Shown here piece by piece: positions 36,785 to 46,946 of a stretch of 64,000 nucleotides of DNA (its first letter is position 1; each line of letters opens with the position of its first letter). The notes beneath the pieces are model-generated. The model saw only the letters and a program-made list of their open reading frames with translations, was not told the origin of the DNA and searched no databases. Source of the stretch: Patescibacteria group bacterium. GTDB taxonomy: Bacteria > Patescibacteriota > Minisyncoccia > Phycocordibacterales > UBA9973. The position numbers and the translations under genes are program-made. Location: the NCBI GenBank assembly GCA_038061925.1, contig JBBTYD010000002.1, positions 352 through 64,351 on the forward strand. The letters run 5' to 3'.

Positions 36785-37207
36785 TTATTTTTTCCCCGTA
36801 CTTCCAAATCTATTTTCACCCCGAGCGGACTCACTGAGTATCTCGGTTTCTTCTAGCTCTCCAATGGCTACGGGCAAGATTACAAGTTGCGAAACTTTAT
36901 CACCTTCTTCAAAAGTATAACTCTTGTCTGACAAATTTACTAAAAGCGTATTATATTCACCTCTATATCCTGCATCAAAAACTCCACCCGTATGAACAAA
37001 CCCTGCCTTTGAAATACTGCCTTTATCCATAATGAAAGCCCCATAGCCTAGAGAAAATTCTAGCGCAAATCCATGCCAAAAACGATGCTGCTCACCTGGC
37101 TTTACCGTGACTGTTTCCATCGTATACAAATCCATACCCACATCTCCCGGATGATGATATTTGGGCAATTTTGCGTTTTCTTTAATTTTTTTTATTTTTA
37201 TAATCAT
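36785..37207 (-). CDS. dut: dUTP diphosphatase
   Basis: 140 aa. dUTPase motifs (...AGFVHTGGVFDAGYRGE..., C-terminal RGENRFGSTG). Confidence 0.9.
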   Translation of the reverse strand: MIIKIKKIKENAKLPKYHHPGDVGMDLYTMETVTVKPGEQHRFWHGFALEFSLGYGAFIMDKGSISKAGFVHTGGVFDAGYRGEYNTLLVNLSDKSYTFEEGDKVSQLVILPVAIGELEETEILSESARGENRFGSTGKK

Positions 37208-37217
37208 TTAAATAATT

Positions 37218-37910
37218 TTATTTCAAAACTTTTTTAACCTTTCTATAAATTTCTTGATGAATATTTTCGCGAGTTTCTATCTGGCCATTTTTTGCGCATT
37301 CTATTTTAATCCAACCCTTTTGCGTCTTTGAAAGCCATAGCGCTGTTTTATGAGAATTGGTTAAATACGGAATGTTTCCCTCCATAATATCCTTCCGCTT
37401 TCCCGTATACGCCCGAGAATTTATCCGGTTGCGTTCCTTTATCAACTTTAAAATAATATTCATCGGAACGTGCAAATAAAAAACAGCCTCCGGTCTCGGA
37501 ACCTTAAAAACTTTATATTCCATTTCATCCAGCCATCTTATAAAATTTTTACGTTTCTTAGTATTGACAATTTTTCCGCCTTGGTGAATTTGATTGGCGC
37601 TCACATATCTGTTTGAAAGAATTATATAACCTTTCTTTAACCAATTTTTTATTTCTTCGGAAGATTCCCACCGATCGGCCGCATAGGCGATAGAAGCAAT
37701 TTTAGGATGAATATTTATCCAATTATAATATTGCTCCGATAGACAGTGCCCGATAAATTTGCCGAAAAAGTTTTTATAATATTCTGGAAAATCAAAAAGT
37801 CTGACGGTATAACCATCTTTGATAAGTCGCGCGCCCAAGAGTTTGACTTGCGTCGCCTTCCCGCTTCCGTCTGTGCCATCGATCACTATGAGTTTGCCTC
37901 TTTTCGCCAT
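37218..37910 (-). CDS. tmk: Thymidylate kinase
   Basis: Start at MAKRGKLIVIDGTDGSGKATQ (P-loop), DRW... LID region. It is longer than usual at the C-terminus. Confidence 0.8.
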   Translation of the reverse strand: MAKRGKLIVIDGTDGSGKATQVKLLGARLIKDGYTVRLFDFPEYYKNFFGKFIGHCLSEQYYNWINIHPKIASIAYAADRWESSEEIKNWLKKGYIILSNRYVSANQIHQGGKIVNTKKRKNFIRWLDEMEYKVFKVPRPEAVFYLHVPMNIILKLIKERNRINSRAYTGKRKDIMEGNIPYLTNSHKTALWLSKTQKGWIKIECAKNGQIETRENIHQEIYRKVKKVLK

Positions 37911-37954
37911 ACCTAAAATATAGCAGAAAAACACCTAAATTGAAAATTAATTTT

Positions 37955-39199
37955 CTACACAAATCTTTTTGGTATTGGAAACTTCTTGGCAAGAGTTTTG
38001 ATTTCTTTATGCGCAGATTCTTTCAATTTCTTATCATCTTTATTTTTCAAGACCTGAATCATAAGTTCCGCGACCCGTTTGCATTCTTTCTCCTTAAAAC
38101 CTCTGGTGGTGATAGCTGGCGTGCCAAATCTAATCCCAGAAGGATCAAGGGGTTTTCTGATATCTCCCGCAATAGAATTCATATTGAGTGTTATCCCTAC
38201 TTCATCAAGCACCGTCTGCGCTTCTTTTCCGGTCACTCCCAAAGAACCAAATACGTCAGCCAGAATAAGATGATTGTCCGTACCGCCACCAATCAAGCGG
38301 ATATTGTGTTGGCGAAAAATTTCTGCCATCGCTTTGGCATTTTTTAAAATCTGCTCTGCGTATTTTTTATACTTGGGGGTCATCGCTTCTCCAAAAGCTA
38401 CCGCTTTGGCGGCAATTATGTGCATATGCGGTCCGCCTTGGATTCCAGGAAAAATAGCTTTATCGATTTTCTTGGCTATTTCTTCACTCTCCCGAGTGAG
38501 AATTATTCCTCCGCGTGGACCCCGAAGAGTCTTGTGGGTAGTAGAAGTGATAATATCAAATCCATCATCAAATGGATTGCGTAAAACGCCAGCGGCAATA
38601 AGTCCGGCAATGTGCGCCATATCCGCCATAGTGATAGCGCCTACTTCCCGAGCAATTTCCACAAACTTTTTATAATCGAGTGTTCGAGGATATGCCGAGA
38701 ATCCAGCAATGATTAATTTTGGTTTTTTTTCTATCGCGGTTTTACGCAAATTTTCAAAATCAATTTCCCCCGTATCTGGATTTTTCATTTTATAGGTAAC
38801 AAATTTATATATCTTCGCGGGAAGAGTCATCGGGTGTCCATGCGTGAGGTGTCCTCCGTGTGAAAGATCCATACCAAGAACTGTGTCTCCGGGTTCCAAA
38901 AGCGCAGCGTAAACAGCCAAATTGGCGGGAGCGCCAGAGTGTGGTTGAACATTAGCAAATTTGCAATTAAATAATTTACAGACACGCTCGATTGCCAGAC
39001 GTTCAATCGCATCCGTAAAATCTTGCCCTCCATAATATCTGCGCCCCGGATAACCTTCAGAATATTTATTTGTAAATACCGAACCATTCGCTTCTAAGAC
39101 ATCTTTAGAAACATAATTCTCGGAGGGAATAAGCTCCAAGCCCTCTCTTTGCCTTTTCTCTTCGGCTTTTATTAATCTTTCTACTTGTTTGTCTCGCAT
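37955..39199 (-). CDS. glyA: Serine hydroxymethyltransferase
   Basis: 414 aa. ...LELIPSENYVSKDVLEANGSVFTNKYSEGYPGRRYYGG..., PLP-lysine region TTHKTLRGPRGG. Confidence 0.95.
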   Translation of the reverse strand: MRDKQVERLIKAEEKRQREGLELIPSENYVSKDVLEANGSVFTNKYSEGYPGRRYYGGQDFTDAIERLAIERVCKLFNCKFANVQPHSGAPANLAVYAALLEPGDTVLGMDLSHGGHLTHGHPMTLPAKIYKFVTYKMKNPDTGEIDFENLRKTAIEKKPKLIIAGFSAYPRTLDYKKFVEIAREVGAITMADMAHIAGLIAAGVLRNPFDDGFDIITSTTHKTLRGPRGGIILTRESEEIAKKIDKAIFPGIQGGPHMHIIAAKAVAFGEAMTPKYKKYAEQILKNAKAMAEIFRQHNIRLIGGGTDNHLILADVFGSLGVTGKEAQTVLDEVGITLNMNSIAGDIRKPLDPSGIRFGTPAITTRGFKEKECKRVAELMIQVLKNKDDKKLKESAHKEIKTLAKKFPIPKRFV

Positions 39200-39227
39200 A
39201 TTTTTATTATAACATGAGTTTTTTTAT

Positions 39228-40109
39228 TTATCGGCGAAATGAAAATCCAGTATTTTGACCATCAGATTTCATAATTATATTACCCAATAAATCAGTTCTT
39301 AAAATCTTTACGCCAGATGAAGCTAAAGTTTCCAATGTATCTTGATGCGGATGGCCATATTTATTATCCTTGCCATTGGAGATAAGCGCGTAGGAGGGCG
39401 TTACGGCTTTTACAAATTCTTGTGATGTAGAAGTGCGGGAACCATGATGTCCCACTTTCAAAACAGTGCTTTTAAGCGCATCGGTGGAATTTTCTCTAAG
39501 AATTATCTTTTCAGTTAGCATTGTCGCGTCACCCGTCAACATAACGGAACTTGCGCCGTAAGTGAGCTTGGCGACCACTGATCCATCATTGCTTGCCCAA
39601 GTTGAGACATCTTGATCCGGAAATAAAATATCGATTACTGCCCCGCCTCCAATCTCGAGTCGCATTCCCCGTTTTGCCAAAATATCTGGAATATTTTTAT
39701 TTTTTATTTCGTTCTCAAGATTTTGATAAGTTTTAGAATCATTATAAGTGCCAGACTCAAAGACTCTATCCACTTTATACATTTTCAAAACATCCAGAAA
39801 TCCGCCAATATGATCTTGATCGGGGTTAGTAATAATAATTGCGTCTAGATGCTTATCGAATGGAGACATCACGCGCGCCAGAGCGCTTAATATCTTTCTG
39901 GGCGGACCGCCATCAACTAATATCTGCGTTCCAGTCGGCGACTCAATAAAAAATGCGTCACCTTGACCAATATCTAACATCGCAAAAGTAAGTCCTCGAT
40001 GAGAATCTTGAAAGTCTTGATAGAAAATACAAATAGCGACTATAAAAAGAAAAAAAGTGAAAATAAGCGAGCCATATTCCTTGAAATATATCTTGCACTT
40101 TTCAAACAT
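39228..40109 (-). CDS. Membrane-anchored MBL-fold hydrolase, ComEC C-terminal-domain-like
   Basis: 293 aa. LDIGQGDAFFIESPTG...AIIITNPDQDHIGG (HxHxDH-like). An N-terminal TM segment. It is separated from the ComEC membrane part by sod on the opposite strand. Confidence 0.7.
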   Translation of the reverse strand: MFEKCKIYFKEYGSLIFTFFLFIVAICIFYQDFQDSHRGLTFAMLDIGQGDAFFIESPTGTQILVDGGPPRKILSALARVMSPFDKHLDAIIITNPDQDHIGGFLDVLKMYKVDRVFESGTYNDSKTYQNLENEIKNKNIPDILAKRGMRLEIGGGAVIDILFPDQDVSTWASNDGSVVAKLTYGASSVMLTGDATMLTEKIILRENSTDALKSTVLKVGHHGSRTSTSQEFVKAVTPSYALISNGKDNKYGHPHQDTLETLASSGVKILRTDLLGNIIMKSDGQNTGFSFRR

Positions 40110-40162
40110 GTTATAATGTTAGCATATTAATAATTAACTAATAGAATTATGCTCAGTAGATT

Positions 40163-40765
40163 TTGCAAAATCGCATGAAAAAATTTGAAGAACTAAAATT
40201 TGATATTGGAGCATTAAAGGGAATATCCAAAAAGACCATTGAGGAACACCTAAAACTTTATGCTGGATACGTGAAACATAGCAATCTCATTTTGGACCAT
40301 ATAATCGAACTTTCAAAAGACAGCGAAAAAAATGCTTATGAACTTGGAGAAATTCAACGCCGTTTTGCTTTTGAATTTGATGGAATGCGAAATCATGAAT
40401 ATTATTTCAAGAGTTTAGAAGGCGGAGTAAAAATAATGAAAGAAGAAAGTCCGCTTAAAAAAGCGATAAAGGAAGAATGGGGTAGCGTTGATCTTTGGTT
40501 CGCCCGCTTCAAAACAATTGCTCTGACGCGAGGGATTGGCTGGGCCGTGCTTTATTATGACCCCATCGATAAAAAAATGATCAATGCTTGGATCGATGAA
40601 CAGCATCTGGGACACCTAACTGGACTTCAGTGGATTTTTGGAATTGATATGTGGGAACATTCCTTTTATCTGGATTATGCGACCGATAAGAAAAAATATA
40701 TTGATGCTTTTTTAGACAATGTTAACTGGGAAGTCGTAGAAGAAAATTTTAAAAAGGCGCAATAA
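40163..40765 (+). CDS. sodA: Fe/Mn superoxide dismutase
   Basis: 200 aa. A metal-ligand region ...NHEYYFKSL... and the signature DMWEHSFYLDY (DxWEHAYY). Confidence 0.8.
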   Translation: MQNRMKKFEELKFDIGALKGISKKTIEEHLKLYAGYVKHSNLILDHIIELSKDSEKNAYELGEIQRRFAFEFDGMRNHEYYFKSLEGGVKIMKEESPLKKAIKEEWGSVDLWFARFKTIALTRGIGWAVLYYDPIDKKMINAWIDEQHLGHLTGLQWIFGIDMWEHSFYLDYATDKKKYIDAFLDNVNWEVVEENFKKAQ

Positions 40766-42224
40766 AAAAATTTTTTATGTTCCCGCCAAAAAGTCTATAA
40801 ATAAAATAGATATAGATCGGAATTGTTAAAAATAAAGGAAAATCTGGAAAAGAAAACGCCGCAAATGGCAAATTGGAGAAAAAATTTATAATTCCGAGTT
40901 CATAATGCAAAAACAGATATGAGATATATCCGAGCGGCACAACTAGCACATATGAAATAAATCCGATAAAACCAGTCATGAATCCAAGGATCATTGTAAG
41001 AGGAATAAAAGGTAAAATTAAAACATTAGCCGGCAAAGCAACAAGAGAGAAATTACCCATTTTGTAAAGAATAAAAGGGAAAACAAAAACATAGGCGGCA
41101 AAAGTCACAGACACAATATCTCTCAAGCCGAAATGTTTAGGCACCCAGAAGAAATATTTTTCAATGCGAGGAGCTAGAAATATAACCGCGACCGTCGCAA
41201 TAAAAGAAAGTTGAAAAGAAACATCGTAAACAAGCACAAATGGATTGAGCGTTACCATTCCCACCGCGGCAAGCATAAGCGCTCGCGCGACATCGTAATT
41301 CCGACCGGTGGCGCGAGCAATGAGCGCCAAAGTCGCCATGATACCGGCCCGGATGGCCGTGGAACTCCCGCCAGTCATTAATATAAAAAGAAAAATTGAG
41401 AAAATACCAGCACCAATGCTGATATTTGGAGGTAAAAAGGCAAATAATTTCATAAACCATTGCGCAACCATGGTTACATTGTAACCGGAGAGAGCGACGA
41501 TATGGATCGTGCCGGTATTAACAAAGCTAGCCCTTAAGGCCTGATTAAAAGAAGATTTCTCTCCCAAAATAAGCCCGCCTAAGAGAAGTGATTCGGGATT
41601 TTGAATCGCTGAATTTATTTTTTCCAAAAATTTTTCTTTGACCGAAAAGAGCATGCTTTTGATAAAATTGCCATTCCCCTGCGAAATAGTTTTAATTTTA
41701 GGATAATTCATTACATAAAAAATTCCGTCTTTTCTTAAATAATTTAGATAGTCAAATTTTTTTCATTGATCCGTAAAAAAATTCTCCGGTTTTTTTAAAA
41801 CTCCTTCAAATTTAATTTCATCACCGTATTTATAATCTTTACCCAAACTGGCTGATAGCAATATTCTAATCTGGTTTTTCCCAGATATCGTTTGAACAGT
41901 TATTTTTTGATTATTTTCTCCAACACTTGGCTCATCAATAATTTTTCCAGAAAAAGAGACTCGCTGGCCTACTTGCGATTCAAAAATACTTGACGCCGGC
42001 ACGTCAACCGCCTGAAACCTTAAAATTCCAAGACAAAATGTTAGAATAAAAATTGAAGATAAAATTCCCCATTTATCTTTTGAGATCAGAGAAAAAAATA
42101 AAAATAATCCAAAACTAATCACACCAAACAGAATTATTAAATGAAAATTTAACGAAATAAAAGAGCGCCAAAGAACTCCCAATATAAAACCAAAACAAAT
42201 GATAAAAAAAATTCTATCTCGCAT
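40749..42224 (-). pseudogene. comEC: ComEC/Rec2 competence channel (DUF4131 OB-domain plus Competence domain) interrupted by a single in-frame TGA
   Basis: ORF 41763..42224 (DUF4131-like) and ORF 40749..41711 (Competence domain: ...IHIVALSGYNVTMVAQW...) are in the same frame. Only the TGA at 41763..41765 separates them, and the 17 intervening codons encode the conserved ComEC segment KKFDYLNYLRKDGIFYV. Confidence 0.7.
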
Positions 42225-42250
42225 TTAGGAAAGACGCAAAAAATTATTTA

Positions 42251-42736
42251 TTATTTTTTAAGTTCTACTGGCTCTCCCTCCGCAAAACTGGTGGCAATGA
42301 GATCAGCTCGTTCATTATATTTATCTTCATTGTGTCCTTTCACATAAGTCCATTTAGGTTTCAATTCTTTGGTAAGCGTATGAAGCTTTTCCCAAAGTTC
42401 TCTATTTAAAACAGGTTTTCTGTTAGCATTTCGCCAATTGTTTTTCATCCAATTTTGTATCCATTCTGTGATTCCCAAAATCACATATTTGGAATCCGAA
42501 ACAATTTCTATATTACTCTTAGCTAGGCCTTGCCTAGCTAGAAATTTAAGCGCTTCAATTGGAGCAGTTAATTCCATTTGATTATTAGTAGCGTATTCTA
42601 CCCGTCCCCCTATCTCCTCTATATTCCTTTGGCCGTCATAATTTTGCCTCAACAAAATGACAGCGGCCCAACCAGCTTTTCCTGGATTTCCTCTCGCTGC
42701 TCCATCAGTGTAAATTTTAATCTTGTTTTTAGACAT
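42251..42736 (-). CDS. rnhA: Ribonuclease HI
   Basis: IKIYTDGAARGNPGKAGWAAVI, ...NNQMELTAPIEAL..., ...VSDSKYV..., ...NERADLIA: the RNase H DEDD residues are present. Confidence 0.9.
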   Translation of the reverse strand: MSKNKIKIYTDGAARGNPGKAGWAAVILLRQNYDGQRNIEEIGGRVEYATNNQMELTAPIEALKFLARQGLAKSNIEIVSDSKYVILGITEWIQNWMKNNWRNANRKPVLNRELWEKLHTLTKELKPKWTYVKGHNEDKYNERADLIATSFAEGEPVELKK

Positions 42737-42740
42737 ATTT

Positions 42741-44489
42741 TTACGGTATATCAATAATTCTTAATCTTAATTCTTCTCGACCGCGAAAACGAGACAAATC
42801 GAAAGTGGCTAACAAGTTTACAGCCAGTCCTTCTGTTAAAATATTTTTGAAAGAATTGACACTGGAAAAAAAAGAAATTGCCTTGGCTTTATTATTATTT
42901 TTGTCAGAAAAAATAATTTCTAAATGCTCACCAGAACCATTCTTGCCAAATTTTTTTATTTTTTCTATTTTTACATTTTCAAAAAGAAAAATGGGTTTCG
43001 GATTGCCAAACCCAAAAGGCGCCAATTTCTCTATCTCTCGCCAATTTTTCATATTTACATTTTCTAAAATCAGCTTCATATCATAATTTTCTTGCCTTAA
43101 GCTCGCTCGAGGGTTTCTTTTTACCTTATTAAAATTTGCAGATAATGCCTCTTCTAAGAAGTGAATTTTATCTTTCTGAACAGTAAATCCTCCAGCCAGC
43201 TCATGGCCACCAAAGTCTATAAACGATTCGCGGGTCTCTGCCATCAGCTCCACCACCGAGACCGAACCATCGCTCCGGCAAGAACCCTTGATGCAATCAT
43301 TCTCATCTTTTCCCCAAACAAAAACAGGCTTTTTGTAAACATCCGAAATTTTCCCAGCGATAAGTCCCAACACCCCCACACGCCAATTGGGATTTCCAAT
43401 TACAATTACTTCAGTTATTTTTCTTTTTTCAAATTTTTTATTCACCTCGCGCATAATACTCGTCACCATTGTTTTTCTTTCATCATTTATTTTTGACAAA
43501 TGGTCCGCCAACCTACTTCCTTCTATTTCATCCGCGGTAGCGAGAAGTTCAAAGGCCCTCATTGGATCATCCATCCGAGATGCAGCATTCAGTCTGGGGG
43601 TCACCATAAAACCAATGTCATCTTCTGAAAGATACCTCTGATCAATATTCATTTTCACTAGAAGTTTTTGTAACCCTGGACGAGGAGATTTTTTCAACAC
43701 TTTCATTCCAAAATGCGCGAGCGTTCTATTTTCTCCTACAAGCGGAACCATATCAGAAAGCGTGGCCAGTCCAGCCATATCCAACATCCATTTTTCCATA
43801 CCATCTTTTATTTTAAACTGTTTATTCCCTTGGCCATACTTTTTTATAAAACCTTGCACAAATTTAAAAACAACACCTGCGCCACAAAGCATTTTTTCTT
43901 CATACTCGTCTATTTTGGGATTCAAAATCGCATAGGCGCGAGGCAAAATAAAAGCGGAAGTCGGCAGAGAATTTTCGAGCTGGTCTGGCTGACCCTCTTC
44001 CGAGGACCCGAGAAAATTTTCTGCCGACGAAGTTTTAGGTAAATGATGGTCAGTAATTATCACATCAACACCAAGGGTAGATGCTTGGGCCACTTCCGCC
44101 ACGGCTGTAATGCCAAGATCAACGGTAATTAATAATTTTACGCCAGATTCTGCAAATCTTTTTAACACGTCAAGATTAAGTCCATATCCTTCAGAATTTC
44201 TTTGTGGTATATAAACCTCATAATTTTTGTGATCTATCTTTTTAAATAAATCACTCAAAATTACGGCTCCTGGTATTCCATCGCAATCATAATCCGCATA
44301 AATGATTATTTTCTCTTTGTTTTCTACCGCTTTATGCAGTCGCACACAAGACCTCTCCATATCTCGCATCAAAAAAGGGTCATGCAAGTCTCGCCGATAA
44401 TCTGGATTAATAAAGATATCAGCTTCCGTCTCGGTTAGAATGCCTCGCTTCTCAAAGAGTGTCTTTAACAACTCGCCATATTTTTGCAT
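42741..44489 (-). CDS. recJ: Single-stranded-DNA-specific exonuclease RecJ
   Basis: DHH phosphoesterase motifs (IIYADYDCDGIPGAVIL, ...ITDHH...), a DHHA1 domain, and a C-terminal OB-like domain. The start is taken at MQKYGELLK. Confidence 0.9.
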   Translation of the reverse strand: MQKYGELLKTLFEKRGILTETEADIFINPDYRRDLHDPFLMRDMERSCVRLHKAVENKEKIIIYADYDCDGIPGAVILSDLFKKIDHKNYEVYIPQRNSEGYGLNLDVLKRFAESGVKLLITVDLGITAVAEVAQASTLGVDVIITDHHLPKTSSAENFLGSSEEGQPDQLENSLPTSAFILPRAYAILNPKIDEYEEKMLCGAGVVFKFVQGFIKKYGQGNKQFKIKDGMEKWMLDMAGLATLSDMVPLVGENRTLAHFGMKVLKKSPRPGLQKLLVKMNIDQRYLSEDDIGFMVTPRLNAASRMDDPMRAFELLATADEIEGSRLADHLSKINDERKTMVTSIMREVNKKFEKRKITEVIVIGNPNWRVGVLGLIAGKISDVYKKPVFVWGKDENDCIKGSCRSDGSVSVVELMAETRESFIDFGGHELAGGFTVQKDKIHFLEEALSANFNKVKRNPRASLRQENYDMKLILENVNMKNWREIEKLAPFGFGNPKPIFLFENVKIEKIKKFGKNGSGEHLEIIFSDKNNNKAKAISFFSSVNSFKNILTEGLAVNLLATFDLSRFRGREELRLRIIDIP

Positions 44490-44517
44490 AACTAGAATTT
44501 TAGCATATAATACAAAT

Positions 44518-44934
44518 ATGAAGAATGATTGTATTTTTTGTAAAATAATCAAAGGAGAAATATCGTGTAATAAAATATATGAAGATGATAATGTTTTGGC
44601 TTTTTTAGATATTGCGCCAGTGAACATCGGACATTCTCTAGTAATACCCAAAAAACATTTTTTAAATATTTACGAAACTCCTGAGGGAATATTGACGGAA
44701 ATGATGAAGGTTGTAAAAATAATTTCTCATGCTCTAAAGAGCGGACTAAACGCGGATGGTATAAATATAACAATGAACAACGAAGGAGCCGCGGGACAGG
44801 TAGTTTTCCACTCGCATATTCATATAATCCCAAGAATCAAAAATGACGGCTTCGGTTTATGGTGTGGCAAAAAACCCTATCAAGAAGGCGAAGCAATAAA
44901 AGTCGCTAAAAAAATTGTTTCTTCTATTCCATAA
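44518..44934 (+). CDS. HIT-family nucleotide hydrolase
   Basis: MKNDCIFCKII..., histidine triad VFHSHIHIIPR. Confidence 0.85.
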   Translation: MKNDCIFCKIIKGEISCNKIYEDDNVLAFLDIAPVNIGHSLVIPKKHFLNIYETPEGILTEMMKVVKIISHALKSGLNADGINITMNNEGAAGQVVFHSHIHIIPRIKNDGFGLWCGKKPYQEGEAIKVAKKIVSSIP

Positions 44935-46147
44935 GCGCCCTAAGCGCTGGTAATTCTTTGCCTGCTAAAAATTCCAAAGTAGCGCCCCCGGCCAGACTTA
45001 TGTGCGAGTAATCGCCGAGACTTCCATATTTTCGAGCAACATCTATAGTATCTCCACCAGCAATAGTGGTATCTCCCCTAAGATTTTCTTTGCAATTTTT
45101 CATAGCAACAAGTATAGCCTTTGAACCTTGCGCAAATTCTTCATCTTCGAACTTTCCCATCGGACCGTTTAAGAAAACAGTTTCGGATTGATTGATAACA
45201 AGAGAATATTCTTTTTGAGCTTCTGGTCCGATATCAAGAATCTTCCATCCCATAGGAATTTCCTCTGTAGTGATGATTTTTGTAGAAGTACCGTCAGATA
45301 TAACAAGATCTCTTGGAATTACAATTTTTTTACCCAAAGACTGCGCTTGTTTTAATATATCTTTTGCCTCTTGCACCCAATTCTTTTTTTCACGTTTCGC
45401 TTTATCTACAAAAACATCTTCAATGAAAGAATCTCCAAGTACTCTGCCTTGCGCTTTCAAAAAAACGTTCGCCACGGCTCCCCCGACCAGAATGGTATCT
45501 GCTATAACTAATAAATTATGAATAGCATCCACTTTATCGGAAATTTTTGCTCCGCCAATAATAACTATAAAAGGATGTTTCGGATTCTCTAGTAAAGAAG
45601 ATAACATTTCAACTTCATGTCGTAAATAAAGACCGGCGATAGCTGGCAAATGCCTTTCAATACCAGTCGTAGACGCATGAATTCTGTGCGCTTGAGGAAA
45701 ACCATCAAAAACAATCATATCTTTTCCTTTGCAGAGTTTTTGCGCAAATTCATCATCATCAATTATTTCCTCGTTGTAAAATCTTACGTTTTCAAGCATT
45801 AAAATATCACCAGAACACATATCAGAAATTTTTTTATCCACCGATGGGCCAATACAATCATCAATTTGATCAATTGGGTGATTTAAAAGCTTACTTAATC
45901 TCTTCGCATGAGGATTGGTGCGAAGCGTTTCCACAATTTTTCCATCAGGACGCCCCACATAAGTAAGAATAACTATTCTACAATTTTCTTTCAAAAGATA
46001 TTGCAGTGTAGGAAGCGTTGCCGTTATGCGCATATCATCTACAGGCTCCAGAATCCCATCTACTTCTTTCAGTTCAATATCATAAGGCGCGCGATAAAGA
46101 ATAGTCTTACCTTTCAAATTTACGCTCTCTAAGATTTTAAGCTTCAT
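44924..46147 (-). CDS. pgk: Phosphoglycerate kinase
   Basis: 407 aa. N-terminal ...LYRAPYDIELKEVDG...DDMRITATLPTLQYLL...ILTYVGRPDGK matches PGK. Confidence 0.95.
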   Translation of the reverse strand: MKLKILESVNLKGKTILYRAPYDIELKEVDGILEPVDDMRITATLPTLQYLLKENCRIVILTYVGRPDGKIVETLRTNPHAKRLSKLLNHPIDQIDDCIGPSVDKKISDMCSGDILMLENVRFYNEEIIDDDEFAQKLCKGKDMIVFDGFPQAHRIHASTTGIERHLPAIAGLYLRHEVEMLSSLLENPKHPFIVIIGGAKISDKVDAIHNLLVIADTILVGGAVANVFLKAQGRVLGDSFIEDVFVDKAKREKKNWVQEAKDILKQAQSLGKKIVIPRDLVISDGTSTKIITTEEIPMGWKILDIGPEAQKEYSLVINQSETVFLNGPMGKFEDEEFAQGSKAILVAMKNCKENLRGDTTIAGGDTIDVARKYGSLGDYSHISLAGGATLEFLAGKELPALRALME

Positions 46148-46148
46148 C

Positions 46149-46916
46149 TTAAGAAATACTTTCTGCGATACTAATAATTTCTGTAAACTTTTTTGGGTCT
46201 AAACTCGCGCGACCCGGAAGCAGTCCATCGACCCCTCCATTTTGTAAAAAATCAAGGGCGTCTTTTTCATTGGCCGAACCGCCATAAATAACTCGCGCGC
46301 GCGCTCCATCCGCGCCAAATTTATCAGAGAGAATTTTGCGAATAAAAATAGTCATTTCCAAGGAATCAGCCGGGGTAGCATCATAACGATTGATCGTGCT
46401 AGAAATTGCCCAAATTGGTTCGTAGGCAACAATAATTTTCGAAATCAAAGTTTTTTTAACTCCATTTAAACATTCTTCCAGTTGTGTTTTCACTAAACTA
46501 AAATAACTGTGACTTTCATCACGAACACTTTCCCCGACGCAGAGCACCGAAACAAGCCCCGCTCCGAGCGATACCTTGATTTTTTTATTAACGAACGCAT
46601 TTGTTTCTCCCAGCGCTCGTCTTTCCGAATGCCCCAAGATCACGTACCTAGCGCCAATATTATAAAGCATTTCGGCAGACACTTCGCCCGTAAAAGCGCC
46701 CGGCTCATCCCCAAAAGCATTTTGCGCGCCGAGTTTTATTTTGTTGGTTCTAATTTTTGTTAATTTTTCCAAATATAAAAACGGCGGACAGATTACAATT
46801 TCTGTTTTTTTCACGGTAGAAACATTTTTCACTACATCATTAAACAATTTTTCCGCCTCTTTCAGAGTAAGCGGATTCATTTTCCAATTGCCAATAATTA
46901 TCGTCCTCTTAGCCAT
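46149..46916 (-). CDS. tpiA: Triosephosphate isomerase
   Basis: 255 aa. IIIGNWKMN..., ...ILGHSERR..., ...VAYEPIWAI... Confidence 0.95.
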   Translation of the reverse strand: MAKRTIIIGNWKMNPLTLKEAEKLFNDVVKNVSTVKKTEIVICPPFLYLEKLTKIRTNKIKLGAQNAFGDEPGAFTGEVSAEMLYNIGARYVILGHSERRALGETNAFVNKKIKVSLGAGLVSVLCVGESVRDESHSYFSLVKTQLEECLNGVKKTLISKIIVAYEPIWAISSTINRYDATPADSLEMTIFIRKILSDKFGADGARARVIYGGSANEKDALDFLQNGGVDGLLPGRASLDPKKFTEIISIAESIS

Positions 46917-46946
46917 AATGGCAAATTATAGCATAAATAACATAAT

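Noticed and set aside
41763-41765. TGA reassigned to a sense codon (Gracilibacteria/SR1-type genetic code)
   Set aside because: TGA is used as the terminal stop of well-defined genes in this window (for example ftsK), and long ORFs are intact under the standard code. A single in-frame TGA in comEC is better explained by a mutation, readthrough or a sequencing error.
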